Part shown: piece after piece, positions 11,683-25,842 of the stretch | Layout of the letters: every line of letters begins with the position of its first letter | Position numbering within the stretch: position 1 is the first letter of the stretch | Assembly (NCBI GenBank): GCA_963921275.4 | Contig: OZ001293.3 | Location: forward strand, 5,888,001-5,952,000 | Origin: an uncultured Hormoscilla sp. | GTDB taxonomy: Bacteria; Cyanobacteriota; Cyanobacteriia; Cyanobacteriales; Desertifilaceae | DNA length: 64,000 nt | Direction of reading: 5' to 3' | Position numbers and translations under genes: made by a program | The notes under the pieces: model-generated | Databases searched by the model: none | Seen by the model: the letters and a program-made list of their open reading frames with translations, nothing else | What the model was told of the DNA's origin: nothing

Positions 11683-11937
11683 TTTATGCTTTTATCCTGG
11701 AGACCGCTTACGGGAAAACTACCACCCATTTCCTCCCTGCTGTTGGAGATACGCTCTATCCTGATGGGGCCGATCTCCCTATTGCTGCTGCTACTGCTCT
11801 GGCAATGGGAGGCTAAGCAATACACTAGCGTGATACAGATAAAGGGTTCTAGGGTTGTTGACAATTTTTTACACTCGGAAAATAATTATGTCCTACTAAA
11901 TACTGAGAAGCATTGGGCCCAAGCAATATTTACCGCA

Positions 11938-12180
11938 GGAGTAGCTCAGTCATTCCGTGGAGTAACTCAGTCATTCCTTGGAATGCTGAGTTACTCCGTG
12001 GAGGGAGTGAGTTATTAAGGTGGAGGGAGTCCCTATTAAGGTGGAGGGAGTCCCTATTAAGGTGGAGGGAGTCCCTATTAAGGTGGAGGGAGTCCCTTAT
12101 TCCGTGGAGGAAGTTACTCCGAAGGTAGAGAGAGGCACTCCAAACGGAGGAAATGAGTTATTCCGTGGAGGGAGTCATTT
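11938..12180. repeat. Degenerate 21-bp tandem array of palindromic units
   Basis: GGAGTAACTCAGTCATTCCNN units grade into about 4 copies of TAAGGTGGAGGGAGTCCCTAT. Confidence 0.85.
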
Positions 12181-12715
12181 GGCCTTCGGAGCCAATACTT
12201 GTTGGTTTTGCACTCAAGGAACAGTTTTAACAACAGGATTTCAAGCATTTCAGCTTTCCCGAATACAAAGATCGCGGACAATACCTCTTGGTATTGGGGT
12301 CGGGGTAAGGACAACAGTTGTTGTAGCGGGTTCCGTTGGTGTCGGGGTGATGTCGGGAAAAAGGCGATCGCCTGTCCTCTGCTAGGCCATCCGCAGCCGC
12401 CAAGGCCGAGAGCAACCGGATATCGTATAGTCTGGGGGGTCTCACTCTATATTAACCCCCCGGAAAAATTTTTCACCAGATTTGCGAAAAAAAATCTTCC
12501 TTCTCGCCAAACGTATATAGAAAGGCAGGCAAAACTATATTCACGGTTCGTAGTAAGCACTGAAGTGCTTAACGGTTCGTAGTAAGCACTTCAGTGCTTA
12601 ACTCGCCCAGGAGCCGATAGCGCCGGTACTTGGCAGATGGCCATTTCTCCAGGTTCGGCTTCTTTGTGCTTTGGCTTGCTCAACTTAGATGCCAAAGCAG
12701 AAGCTGCTTCATTGT

Positions 12716-12983
12716 TATAGCACTTCTGGTGATTAGTGTGATATACTGTCGGAGATTGCTAGCCGGACGAAGCTTGTTGCGAGGCACGGCCTTCGCAGCG
12801 GCCCGCACCGACAGGCTACCGGTCCTGCGCGTGCTCGCGACGCCGGAATGCGCTCTTCATCTGCCGCTGCGCTAGCGGGGGGGGTAACTCTATGAAAGCA
12901 TAAGTTACTCGTTAGTCTCCCCCCCCTCGCTCCGGACTTCTAGGCGATTGTGTTGTACCACATTAATGCCGAGATTCGCTATA
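12716..12983. mobile_element. TA-ended MITE with nested micro-repeats
   Basis: TATAGCA..GCTATA ends; inverted homolog of 34397-34551, including the G7-AGACTA..GAGTAACTTATGCTT..C7 core. Confidence 0.65.
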
Positions 12984-13634
12984 TAATGGGATTCAACAGC
13001 GTGGCATCGTGGTCAACTTGTCGATCCGCTTCGCCAAGAGATGTCAGATTTTCTCAATGAGTTTGATGGTGGAGATCCCTTTAGCAGTACTTACATCTCC
13101 AGCAAGACTCCAGGGGAGTTTGCCACCCATATGGTATCTTATAGCAGTGTGAGGTCTGATATCCGACTCCTGTTCTATGCCTCACTGGAAAGCTAAGCAG
13201 AAATACACAATACCAAGGAAGAAACCCAATGTTATAAAATGAAACATGGCGGCTACTGCTACTATGGCACCGTCAGCAAAAATCCCCCACCGGGCATGGT
13301 GTCCCAGTAGTGGCTAACCAATGGAAAGAATTGACCGAGACAAGGGACGTGATTGTTTGTTTTGAAACTCAACCCTGAGAAATCCCATCTGAAGCGGAGA
13401 ACGTGATGATTTTCCGGCCTATTGGGCGATCGCCACCATCGAGGAGCAAAGAATCCAGAAACTCAGGGACACCTTGCTAGCCCCAGGGTCAGCGGACTTC
13501 TGGCATGCAAAGGCAATCGCCGACTTTCTTAGCAAAGGTGCTAAATGGCAAAGTTTCCCAGACTGCCCAAGCCCTAATTACTTGGTATTACTCCGAGAAA
13601 GAATGCATTGGCACAGTCTAGTAGAGACTAATAT

Positions 13635-14474
13635 TTGGGCGATCCACTAGCGCACTATCGCCCCTTATCCACGGAGGTAACAAAAATTGAACTAAAAACC
13701 AATATCCTGATCGTACTGTGGTATAAACATACAATCCTTTGGATTGCTCCGTCTATCAACATGTTTGAGAATAACCCGAATCTCAGCAGCGCATGGCGTA
13801 GTTTAGTTGAGGATGGTGACATCGAAACACATTCTAACATGACAGCTGAGTTAACGGTTCAAGGCAAGGAAACACTTCGCAACAGCTTACCAAAGCCTGG
13901 TGCTAAGGATTACTGGGAAGACCCACAAATCGCCGGATTAATGCGCGACCCGCCTGAGACTTTTCTCGAAATTGTGAGGATCTTAGTAGCGTGGTATTAT
14001 TCCGACGACCCGTCCCAAGTATTACAAGCATCAGAAGAGCAATTTGATCGAAAACTCCCAAGTCTGCTCATAGCATGGAATCAGTGGATGGCAAATAAAA
14101 AAATACATCCCGGTATCATCGGCGGCATATTTGACCCGATCATGGACAGCAACGGCAAATGGCGCGAAAACTGTAGTTTACTTGAGGCAAATGGTGATAT
14201 AAAACTACATCCTGAAAGCGGGGGCCTTGTGGTAGTTGAGTTAACAGCTCAAGGCATGGAAACACTCTACAACAGCTTACCGGAGCCTGGTGCTAAGGAT
14301 TACTGGGAAAACCCACGGATCACCGAATTCGTGCGCATATCTATAATACAAAAAGCCCCGGGTCTCATAGTGGCTCTAGCAAAGTGGTATTACGACGGGC
14401 CCCGCATTAAACACATGTTACAGCAGCCCAACGACATTGCAATCCCAATAATCCCCTCCGATAACGATGATTAG
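13635..14474 (+). CDS. Hypothetical protein with an internally duplicated domain (start probably ATG 13761)
   Basis: Long ORF; ELTxQGxETLxNSLPxPGAKDYWExPxI..WYY occurs twice. Confidence 0.6.
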   Translation: MGDPLAHYRPLSTEVTKIELKTNILIVLWYKHTILWIAPSINMFENNPNLSSAWRSLVEDGDIETHSNMTAELTVQGKETLRNSLPKPGAKDYWEDPQIAGLMRDPPETFLEIVRILVAWYYSDDPSQVLQASEEQFDRKLPSLLIAWNQWMANKKIHPGIIGGIFDPIMDSNGKWRENCSLLEANGDIKLHPESGGLVVVELTAQGMETLYNSLPEPGAKDYWENPRITEFVRISIIQKAPGLIVALAKWYYDGPRIKHMLQQPNDIAIPIIPSDNDD

Positions 14475-14489
14475 TACGGAATAACACCC

Positions 14490-14687
14490 ATGGCGATCGC
14501 ACCAACGCGATCGCCCCAAATATCAATGGAGGAAACCAAAATGATTGATGACAAAATCGCCGCACTACTTCTACTGTGGCAGTGTCAGAGGCTTAAATAC
14601 TCCTTGGATGAATTACTAGCAGGTGAGATCGAAGATGGCGAGGAAGAAATATATTGGGGCAAGCCAGAAGGAGAAGAAGTGTGGTAA
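14490..14687 (+). pseudogene. MazE/AbrB antitoxin, C-terminal remnant
   Basis: KYSLDELLAG..EIYWGKPEGEEVW overlaps the toxin start; the AbrB N-terminus is missing. Confidence 0.65.
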
Positions 14688-15022
14688 ACTATATTCCCAA
14701 ACTAGGTGACTTTATTCGCCTTAACTTTGACCCCCAGGCAGGACATAAGCAGATGGGGCTTCGCCCTGGGCTTGTTGTCAGTCAGGATAAATTTAACCGC
14801 AAAATGGGATTTGTTTTTATTTGCCCTATCAGCAATAAAAAACGTAAAAACCCGTTTTACTTTACCATTCTCGATGGGTAAGCGGTGACAGGTGTAATTA
14901 TGGCTAACTAGATGCGATCTCTTGACGAGCGCGCTAGACAGGCAAGTTTTATTAGTGAATGTCCAGAAGGTTTACTTGAAGAAGTGCTAAAACGGATTAA
15001 GCCGATTTTATTTGATTCTTAG
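14681..15022 (+). pseudogene. PemK/MazF toxin with two in-frame stops
   Basis: YIPKLGDFIRLNFDPQAGHKQMGLRPGLVVS..G*AVTGVIMAN*MRSLD. Confidence 0.88.
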
Positions 15023-15255
15023 GCAGGGATTTATGCCGTTTCCGTCCAGACGCACCTAGGGCGGGACGCTTTCATCTTACCTGACGGGGCGATCGCCAGT
15101 AACCACGTACCAGGCCGACGGACGGACAGGCGAGACAAGTCCTACGCTGACAGGCGAGACAAGTCCTACGCTGACAATTTTGGGATTGCTCGCGCTGGGG
15201 TGTACTCTAGATCGAGTCACTCTATTTACTGCTCTTACCAAAGGCACGACGCGAT

Positions 15256-16218
15256 ATGACAGTCTCCAGTCCTCCCCGTACCATACGCATCGGTTCCCGC
15301 AAAAGCCAGCTAGCTTTGATCCAAACTAACTGGGTGCAAGCACGCTTTGTCGAAAAGTTCCCCGATCGCACCTTTGAAATCCACACCATGAGCACCCAGG
15401 GTGATAAGATTCTGGATGTGGCCCTATCCAAGATTGGCGATAAGGGACTGTTCACCAAGGAACTGGAACTAGGAATGCTGCACGATCGGACGGATCTGGC
15501 GGTGCATTCCCTCAAGGATCTGCCGACTAACTTGCCAGAGGGGTTAGTCTTGGGATGCGTCACGGAACGGGAAGATCCCGCTGATGCCCTGGTTGTCCGT
15601 GCCCAGCATCAAGATAAGCAACTGGATACTCTGCCCCCTGGAACTGTAATTGGCACATCTTCCCTGCGCCGCCTGGCACAGTTGCGCCATCATTATCCCC
15701 ATCTGGAATTTAAGGATGTCCGGGGTAATCTCAATACCAGACTGGCCAAGCTAGATGCCGGGGAGTACGACGCCCTGATCCTGGCAGTGGCCGGTTTGCA
15801 ACGCCTGGGTATGGCCGATCGCATTCATCAAGCAATTCCAGCGTCCGTTTCTCTCCATGCCGTGGGACAAGGTGCTTTGGGCATAGAATGTCGCGCTGAT
15901 GACACCGAAGTGCTAGATTTGCTCCAAGCAATCTCTCATACTCCTACCACCCAACGCTGCTATGCCGAACGGGCCTTCCTGCGATCGCTGGAAGGGGGTT
16001 GCCAAGTCCCGATCGGGGTGAATACGACCATAGATGGGGATAAACTGACCTTGACTGGTATGGTGGCCAGTCTTGACGGTCAGCGCTTAGTCAAAGATAG
16101 TATTACAGGTTCGGCTAATAATCCCGAACAGTTGGGACTCGATCTGGCAGAACGCCTGCGCGAGATGGGCGCACAAGATATTTTAGCTGAAATCTTAGCT
16201 GAAGTCCAACGAGATTAA
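15256..16218 (+). CDS. hemC: Hydroxymethylbilane synthase
   Basis: [40 protein letters not shown]. Confidence 0.98.
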   Translation: MTVSSPPRTIRIGSRKSQLALIQTNWVQARFVEKFPDRTFEIHTMSTQGDKILDVALSKIGDKGLFTKELELGMLHDRTDLAVHSLKDLPTNLPEGLVLGCVTEREDPADALVVRAQHQDKQLDTLPPGTVIGTSSLRRLAQLRHHYPHLEFKDVRGNLNTRLAKLDAGEYDALILAVAGLQRLGMADRIHQAIPASVSLHAVGQGALGIECRADDTEVLDLLQAISHTPTTQRCYAERAFLRSLEGGCQVPIGVNTTIDGDKLTLTGMVASLDGQRLVKDSITGSANNPEQLGLDLAERLREMGAQDILAEILAEVQRD

Positions 16219-16258
16219 CAGATCCACCCCATTGACCATCATTGACAATAGATAGCTG

Positions 16259-17680
16259 ATGAGAATTCTGTTTGTTGCTGCTGAAGCAGCCCCGATCGCT
16301 AAGGTAGGCGGTATGGGGGATGTAGTGGGTGCCTTACCCAAAGTGTTGAGAAAAATGGGGCATGATGTCCGCATCTTCATGCCTTACTATGGCTTTTTGC
16401 CCGATAAAATGGAAATCCCCCAAGACTCTGTCTGGTGGGGGTTTGCCATGTTTGAAAACTTCGGAGTTTACGAGACGGTGTTACCCGGAACTGACGTCCC
16501 CTTATACCTGTTTGGACATTTGTCTTTCTCGGGTCGGAACATCTACTACGGGGAAGATGAAGGTTGGCGGTTTACTCTGTTTGCTAATGGTGCCGCAGAG
16601 TTTGCCTGGAATTACTGGAAACCGCAAATTATTCACTGCCATGACTGGCACGCGGGGATGTTGCCAGTATGGATGCACCAATCTCCAGATATCAGCAGCG
16701 TGTTCACGATTCACAATTTAGCCTATCAAGGACCGTGGCGTTGGTATTTGGATCGGATTACTTGGTGTCCCTGGTACATGCAGGGTCATAATACCATGGC
16801 AGCAGCAGTGCAGTTTGCCGATCGGGTAACGACAGTGTCTCCGACCTACGCCCAGCAAATCAAAACGGTAGAATATGGGGAAAAGCTGGAGGGTTTGCTA
16901 TCTTTTATCAGCGGCAAAACCGTGGGTATCCTCAATGGCATCGATACGGAAAGCTATGACCCGGCCACCGACAAGTATATTCGGAAAAACTTTACAGCTG
17001 ATACGATAGAAAAGCGTGCCGCTAATAAGATTTCCCTGCAAGAAGAAGTCGGTATGGAGGTAAACAAGGGCACCTTTTTGATGGGTATGGTGACCCGGTT
17101 GGTGGAACAAAAGGGCATAGACTTGACCATTCAAATCCTCGATCGGTTTATGGCCTACACTGATGCTCAGTTCGTGCTGCTGGGGACGGGCGATCGCTAT
17201 TATGAAACCCAAATGTGGGAGATGGCATCCCGTTATCGGGGGCGGATGTCGGTGCAACTGCTTTATAATGATGCCCTGGCCCGCCGCATTTATGCAGGTT
17301 GCGATGCTTTCTTGATGCCTTCGCGCTTTGAACCCTGCGGGATCAGCCAAATGCTAGCCATGCGCTACGGTTGCGTTCCCATTGTACGACGCACGGGGGG
17401 CTTAGTCGATACGGTCTCCCACAATATCCCGGATCTAGAAATCGGTACGGGTTATTGCTTCGATCGCTACGAACCCTTGGACCTATTTACCTGTATGGTC
17501 AGGGCTAGCGAAGCTTTCCGGTTTAAGGCGGAATGGCAGAAACTACAGCAGCGGGGGATGCGGCAGAACTTCAGTTGGGATCTTTCCGCGAAAGAGTACA
17601 TTAAAATGTACCGAGAAGTTATCGGTCTGCCGCCGGAAGAGGAAGAAACTCAACCAGAGTTAGCTACTGCTACATCCTGA
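16259..17680 (+). CDS. glgA: Glycogen synthase
   Basis: [35 protein letters not shown]. Confidence 0.98.
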   Translation: MRILFVAAEAAPIAKVGGMGDVVGALPKVLRKMGHDVRIFMPYYGFLPDKMEIPQDSVWWGFAMFENFGVYETVLPGTDVPLYLFGHLSFSGRNIYYGEDEGWRFTLFANGAAEFAWNYWKPQIIHCHDWHAGMLPVWMHQSPDISSVFTIHNLAYQGPWRWYLDRITWCPWYMQGHNTMAAAVQFADRVTTVSPTYAQQIKTVEYGEKLEGLLSFISGKTVGILNGIDTESYDPATDKYIRKNFTADTIEKRAANKISLQEEVGMEVNKGTFLMGMVTRLVEQKGIDLTIQILDRFMAYTDAQFVLLGTGDRYYETQMWEMASRYRGRMSVQLLYNDALARRIYAGCDAFLMPSRFEPCGISQMLAMRYGCVPIVRRTGGLVDTVSHNIPDLEIGTGYCFDRYEPLDLFTCMVRASEAFRFKAEWQKLQQRGMRQNFSWDLSAKEYIKMYREVIGLPPEEEETQPELATATS

Positions 17681-17733
17681 TAGATTGTCGGGTGGGCTGC
17701 GGCCCACCTGACAGTTGCATCTAATCATGTAAA

Positions 17734-18360
17734 ATGGGGAAAGCGGCTATGATTCAATCCCTGCAAAAAACCCTAACCTTTGAGGAATTTCTGGAATGCT
17801 ATCCAGAAGATGGGAGATGCTACGAACTTATTGATGGAGAGGTTGTCGAAATGCGACCGAAGGGTGACCATGAGGACATATCAAGTACCATTACTCGCAA
17901 ACTCGATCGGGAAATAGAACGCTTGCACCGTCCTTTTTCTATTCCTAAAACCTGCTGCATTAAGCCTGAAAGTGATATTGATGGGTATGTGCCAGATGTA
18001 ATTGTGCTCGATCGCCGGCAACTTCCGTTAGAACCCCTGTGGAAAAAAGCTTCGACCATTACAAAGGGTAGTTCTGCTTGTTTAGTGGTAGAGGTAGTTA
18101 GCACAAATTGGCAGGATGATTATGCTAAAAAGTTGGAAGATTATGAGAGATTACTAATTCCAGAATATTGGATTGTGGATTATCTAGCATTGGGCGGTCG
18201 GCGATATATTGGATATCCTAAGCAGCCGACAGTTAGCATTTACTCTCTGGTGGGTGAATCCTATCAATTGCAACAATTTAGAGAAAAAGAAAAAATGGTG
18301 TCGGCAATATTTCCAGAATTAAACTTGCCGGCGGAGGCGCTTTTAACGGTGCCTTATTAA
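17734..18360 (+). CDS. Uma2-family endonuclease
   Basis: YELIDGEVVEM, PDVIVLD, VVEVVS..DYAKKLEDY..IPEYWIVD. Confidence 0.92.
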   Translation: MGKAAMIQSLQKTLTFEEFLECYPEDGRCYELIDGEVVEMRPKGDHEDISSTITRKLDREIERLHRPFSIPKTCCIKPESDIDGYVPDVIVLDRRQLPLEPLWKKASTITKGSSACLVVEVVSTNWQDDYAKKLEDYERLLIPEYWIVDYLALGGRRYIGYPKQPTVSIYSLVGESYQLQQFREKEKMVSAIFPELNLPAEALLTVPY

Positions 18361-18534
18361 TAGTTTACTGTAGGTTGGGTTTCGTGCCTCAACCCAACCT
18401 CTAGCCGATCGCAATGCAACAAGCAGAAGCGTCCTGGACTTTCCCTGACTAAAGCAGGAAACAAGAGACAGATTCGCGATCTTGTGCTAGAATTAAACAT
18501 GTAAACGCGATCGCATTGGGTAGCGGCAGAAACA

Positions 18535-21224
<2,690 letters not shown>

Positions 21225-21226
21225 TA

Positions 21227-21570
21227 GGGTGTGTCATTAATTAAGCCAGATGACCGTAGCAGCCAAATAAATCGCACCCAGAAAGTTCTGAGAACGCTGA
21301 TCGTAGCGGGTCGCGAGCGCTCGATACTGCTTGAGTTTGGCAAAGAAATTCGAGGGTTAGATGGCGCGCTTGGTACAAGTATTTGTCATACTCCCGAGGG
21401 TTGGTTCCATTGCGCTTGGGAGGAATCACCGCCGTTTTTCCCTATCGACTGAAACGGGTATGAACTACTCTAAAATCGCCAAATCTTTCGGGTAAGTCCG
21501 CCAGGGGATACCAGGTAGCGATACAACACCGCTTCAACAAATAGTCGGTTATCTTTTGCAGTAACTCCCA
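21227..21570 (-). mobile_element. IS5-family remnant related to 7981-8877
   Basis: End GGGTGTGTCATTAATTAAG; DLPERFGDFRVVHTRFSR, IPPKRN..YDKYLYQARH. Confidence 0.8.
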
Positions 21571-21837
21571 ATGAAATAGCCCTGGGGTCTCATAGTCCAA
21601 AGAACTGTTAGTTAGCAGTTGGTCCCCTACTATGGTGAAGGCGTTGTTGCCGGAGACTAACTGGTAAGTAAAGGGATCTCCCAGGTTGGGGTCGGCCCAA
21701 GCCTGCCAGAAAGTCCCCACGAATACGACAATGCTGCTGTTACTGAGCTCTAGGTCGGTAGGAGAGGAGTGCTCTGAAAATCGCTCACGTAAATCTTTGA
21801 AATCCCCTGCAGGGTAGCCAGGGTTTCCCCTTCAAAA

Positions 21838-24293
21838 TTAATCATAGACGATCGTCAAATCTTCGAAACTCAAACCTCCTGCTAGCTCGATCTTGTCCGT
21901 ACCCTCTTGAAAGCCTATGATAATATCCCGGCCCATGTCCGGCTCCAGAACAAAAATATTGGCCTCTGATCCTTCGTAGAGGCGATCGTTTCCATTTCCG
22001 CCGATGAGAAAGTCGTTCCCATTTCCGCCGTAGAGGCGATCGTTTCCATTTCCGCCGATGAGAAAGTCGTTCCCATTTCCTCCGTAGAGGCGATCGTTTC
22101 CATCTCCACCAATAAAACAGTCGTCCCCCTCCTCTCCGTAGAGGCGATCGTTTCCATCTCCGCCGATGAGAAAGTCGTTCTCATTTTCTCCGTAGAGGCG
22201 ATCGTTTCCGCCGATGAGAGTCTCGTCCCCTTCTTTCCCCTGTAGCCAGTCATTCTGACCATCCTGACAGACAATCTTCAAGACATCCGAAACATCGTTG
22301 ACGTTAATAGTAAAGACCTCCGAGTAACTGGCCCCAGCAGCGTCGATAGTTTGGACGCAGATGCTGTAACTCGACTTGGTCTCAAAGTCTAAAGAACTGT
22401 TAATTAGCAGTTGGTCCCCTGCTATGGTGAAGGCGTCGTTATCATCGTCACCAACGCCTGAGACTAACTGGTAGGTAAAGGTATCTCCAACGTCGGGGTC
22501 GCTAGTTCCGAAAGTCCCCACTACAGTATTGACTGGGGAGTTCTCATTGATGCTGCTGTTGCTAAGAAACAGGTCGGTAGGAGAGGAGTTCAATGCTTCA
22601 TCCTTGACGTTAATAGTAAAGACCTCCGAGTAACTGGCCCCAGCAGCGTCGATAGTTTGGACGCGGATGCTGTAACTCGATTTGGTCTCAAAGTCCAAAG
22701 AACTGTTAATTAGCAGTCGGTTCTCTTCTATGGTGAAGGCGTCGTTATCGTCGCCACCAATGCCGGAAACTAACTGGTAGGTAAAGCTATCTCCTGAGTC
22801 GGGGTCGGTAGTGGAGAAAGTCCCCACGCGGCTACCCAATGCGGAGTTTTCATTAATACTGCTGTTGCTGAGTTCGAGGTCGGTAGGAGAGGAGTTCTCT
22901 ACAACATCGTTCACTTGAATCGTGAAGGCCTCCGAGTAACTGGCCCCAGCAGCGTCGGTAGTCTGGACGCGGATGCTGTAACTCGATTTGGTCTCAAAGT
23001 CCAAAGAACTGTTAATTAGCAGTCGGTTCTCTTCTATGGTGAAGGCGTCGTTATCATCGGCACCAACGCCGGAGACTAACTGGTAGGTAAAGCTATCTCC
23101 TGAGTCGGGGTCGGTAGTGGAGAAAGTCCCCACGCGGCTACCCAATGCGGAGTTTTCATTAATACTGCTGTTGCTGAGTTCGAGGTCGGTAGGAGAGGAG
23201 TTCTCTACAACATCGTTCACTTGAATCGTGAAGGCCTCCGAGTAACTGGCCCCAGCAGCGTCGGTAGTCTGGACGCGGATGCTGTAACTCGATTTGGTTT
23301 CAAAGTCCAAAGAACTGTTAATTAGCAGTCGGTTCTCTTCTATGGTAAAGGCGTCGTTATCGTCGCCACCAACACCGGAGACTAACTGGTAGGTAAAGCT
23401 ATCTCCTGAGTCGGGGTCGGTAGTGGAGAAAGTCCCCACGACTGCACCCTCAGCGGAGTTTTCATTAATACTGCTGTTGCTGAGTTCGAGGTCGGTAGGA
23501 GACTCGGCAACATCGTTGACGTTAATAGTCAAGGTCTCCGAGTAACTGTTATTAGTAGAGTCGGTAGTCTGGACGCGGATGCTGTAACTCGATTTGGTCT
23601 CAAAGTCCAAGGAACTGTTAGTTAGCAGTGAGTTCCCTTCTATGGTGAAGGCGTCGTTATCATTGACACCAGCGCCTGAGACTAACTGGTAGGTAAAGGA
23701 ATCTCCACTGTCGGGGTCGGTAGTGGAGAAAGTCCCCACGACTGCACCCTCAGCGGAGTTTTCATTAATACTGCTGTTGCTGAGTTCGAGGTCGGTAGGA
23801 GACTCGGCAACATCGTTGACGTTAATAGTCAAGGTCTCCGAGTAACTGTTCCTAGCAGAGTCGGTAGTCTGGACGCGGATGCTGTAACTCGATTTGGTCT
23901 CAAAGTCCGGGGAAATTTTAATTAGCAGTTGGTCCCCTACTATGGTGAAGGCGGCGTTATCATAGTCAAGAGCATCGTCACCAAGGATGGAGACTAACTG
24001 GTAGGTAAAGGTATCTCCAACGTCGGGGTCGGTAGTGGAGAAAGTTCCCACGACAGTATTGACTGGGGAGTTTTCATCGATGCTGCTGTTGCTGAGTTCG
24101 AGGTCGGTAGGAGGGGAGTTCTCTACAACAATGTCAAAGGTATCTCCCCTTCGATTTCCCGCTTGGTCGATGGCGGTTACCGTTACGGTAAAGATGCCTC
24201 CGGTAGCAGGGATACCGCTGATAACTCCCTGAGAGTTGATGGTTAAGCCCTCTGGTAAACCGGTAGCTGTGTAGTTATTGATGTTGTCAGCTA
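21838..24293 (-). pseudogene. Cadherin-repeat/RTX Ca-binding adhesin-like protein, 5'-truncated
   Basis: A putative-Ig fragment ([12 protein letters not shown]), six ~100-aa cadherin-like repeats ([17 protein letters not shown]) and GGxGNDxLY nonapeptides. No start codon at the 5' junction. Confidence 0.85.
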
Positions 24294-24437
24294 ATAACGG
24301 GTGCGGCTCCGAATTTTTTGATCAATTTTCGACTCTGGTCGGTAGCGGGCGCTCCCTCCCCAGCGGGGGGAGCAATTTGCCCCCGGGGGGCTGGAGGGGC
24401 TCTTCTTGCCAACGGGCGCAAGACCACACTCCCGATC

Positions 24438-24695
24438 TTACTCCGGCCAAGGAGGTGCTTACTCCGGCCAAGGAGGTGCTTACTCCGGCCAAGGAGGTGC
24501 TTACTCTGGCCAAGGAGTTACTCAACTGCCCTTCGGTAATCTTGTCTCACGCCAAAGCAAAAGGTTGTGACGCCACCGAATGACTCTCGTACTTGGTGGA
24601 ATGATTCAGTTACTCCTGGAAATGAATAGTTACTCCTGGAAATGACTGATTTTTCCAATAACTGAGTCACTCCCTGGAGTGACTCAGTTATTCCC
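24438..24695. repeat. Degenerate 21-bp tandem array
   Basis: TTACTCCGGCCAAGGAGGTGC x3-4, then GGAATGANTCAGTTACTCC-type units homologous (inverted) to 11938-12000. Confidence 0.85.
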
Positions 24696-24814
24696 GGATA
24701 AAATATCTCTATTGTTAAGGGGCGTGAGCGCAGGCTGCGACCTTGGAGGCCAAGGCCATTTAGGGAGAAAGCCCGGAGTCGGCTGAGATGTCTAAGGGGC
24801 GCACTACTCGTATT

Positions 24815-25331
24815 GCCGCTAACCCCCCACAATATCGGTCGCCCCAATAGCACTGCTTTTGCCCCTAATGCTAACGCTTTTAACACATCTGTTGAAACCA
24901 TTGGTATGTGTTCCCGGGGTAGTGCGAGTAGCGCTGGGGACACATGGGGTTTGCTGTCTGACGCTAGCAACTGCTTCTAAACTTTTGGTCGCCATCGTAC
25001 TCAATATCACGCTTCCTAACTTGGCCGCTGCTTTCGCCGTGGCCATTTCTCCTTCCTTTGCGGCCAGGCATTGAAAAGCCATTGGCGCGATCGCGATCGG
25101 CAGAGGCCAAGCTTGACCGAGAATAGTTGTACTTAAATCTCGGTGACTGACATCTACTAACATGCGCGGACGGAGTTTGTATCGTTCAAATGCGGCACGG
25201 TTGTCTTGCAGAGTAATTTCGTCTCCAGCACCGCTAGCGTAGTAGTCTAGGGCCATTTGAGATAACTGCCCGGCGGCCAATGTTTGATACTCGAATAGAT
25301 TGATCAGTTTCGTGCTATTAGTCTTGGTCAT
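24815..25331 (-). pseudogene. FMN-dependent alpha-hydroxy-acid oxidase with a large internal deletion
   Basis: DYYASGAGDEITL..LRPRMLVDVS..IAPMAFQ; QWFQ is joined directly to TDVLKALALGAKAVLLGRPILWG. Confidence 0.88.
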
Positions 25332-25430
25332 TGGGTGAGAATGAAAATATAATTTTATTGCCCATAGTACCGCAGTTGTGTTAAAATGGTTTCATCGAGA
25401 CCAAACTGATGCCCTAACCAGGAGAAAACC

Positions 25431-25721
25431 ATGACTTTAACAGAGTTCGCCCAACTGCCCCAAAATCCCTCTTCCCTACCTCCGGCGCTGCAAGCTTTGT
25501 GGTACGATCGACAAGGGAACTGGGACAAAGCTCATGAAATCGTGCAAGATGCCAACGATCTTGACAGTGCCTGGGTTCATGCCTACTTGCATCGTCAAGA
25601 AGAAGACCTGAATAATGCTCGTTACTGGTATCATCGCAGCAGACAGCCATTCTTTACCTCTGACCTCAAGTCCGAATGGGAACATATTGCCAGCCACTTG
25701 CTTTTGAGAATTGAAAATTGA
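25431..25721 (+). CDS. Conserved hypothetical protein
   Basis: GGAG RBS; ALWYD..GNWDKAHEIVQ..AWVHAYLHR..NARYWY. Confidence 0.85.
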   Translation: MTLTEFAQLPQNPSSLPPALQALWYDRQGNWDKAHEIVQDANDLDSAWVHAYLHRQEEDLNNARYWYHRSRQPFFTSDLKSEWEHIASHLLLRIEN

Positions 25722-25842
25722 GAATTGAGAATTGAAAATTGAGAAAAGTAGATTTATTTATTCATGTCCATTCGCAATTTTCCTTTGTCCATTCGCAATT
25801 TTCCCTTGTCTATTCGCTTTTGTCTATTCGCCATTGTCCATT

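Noticed and set aside
25732..25842. N-terminal extension of GDPD
   Set aside because: It is read-through of short tandem repeats; ATG 25843 is the more plausible start.
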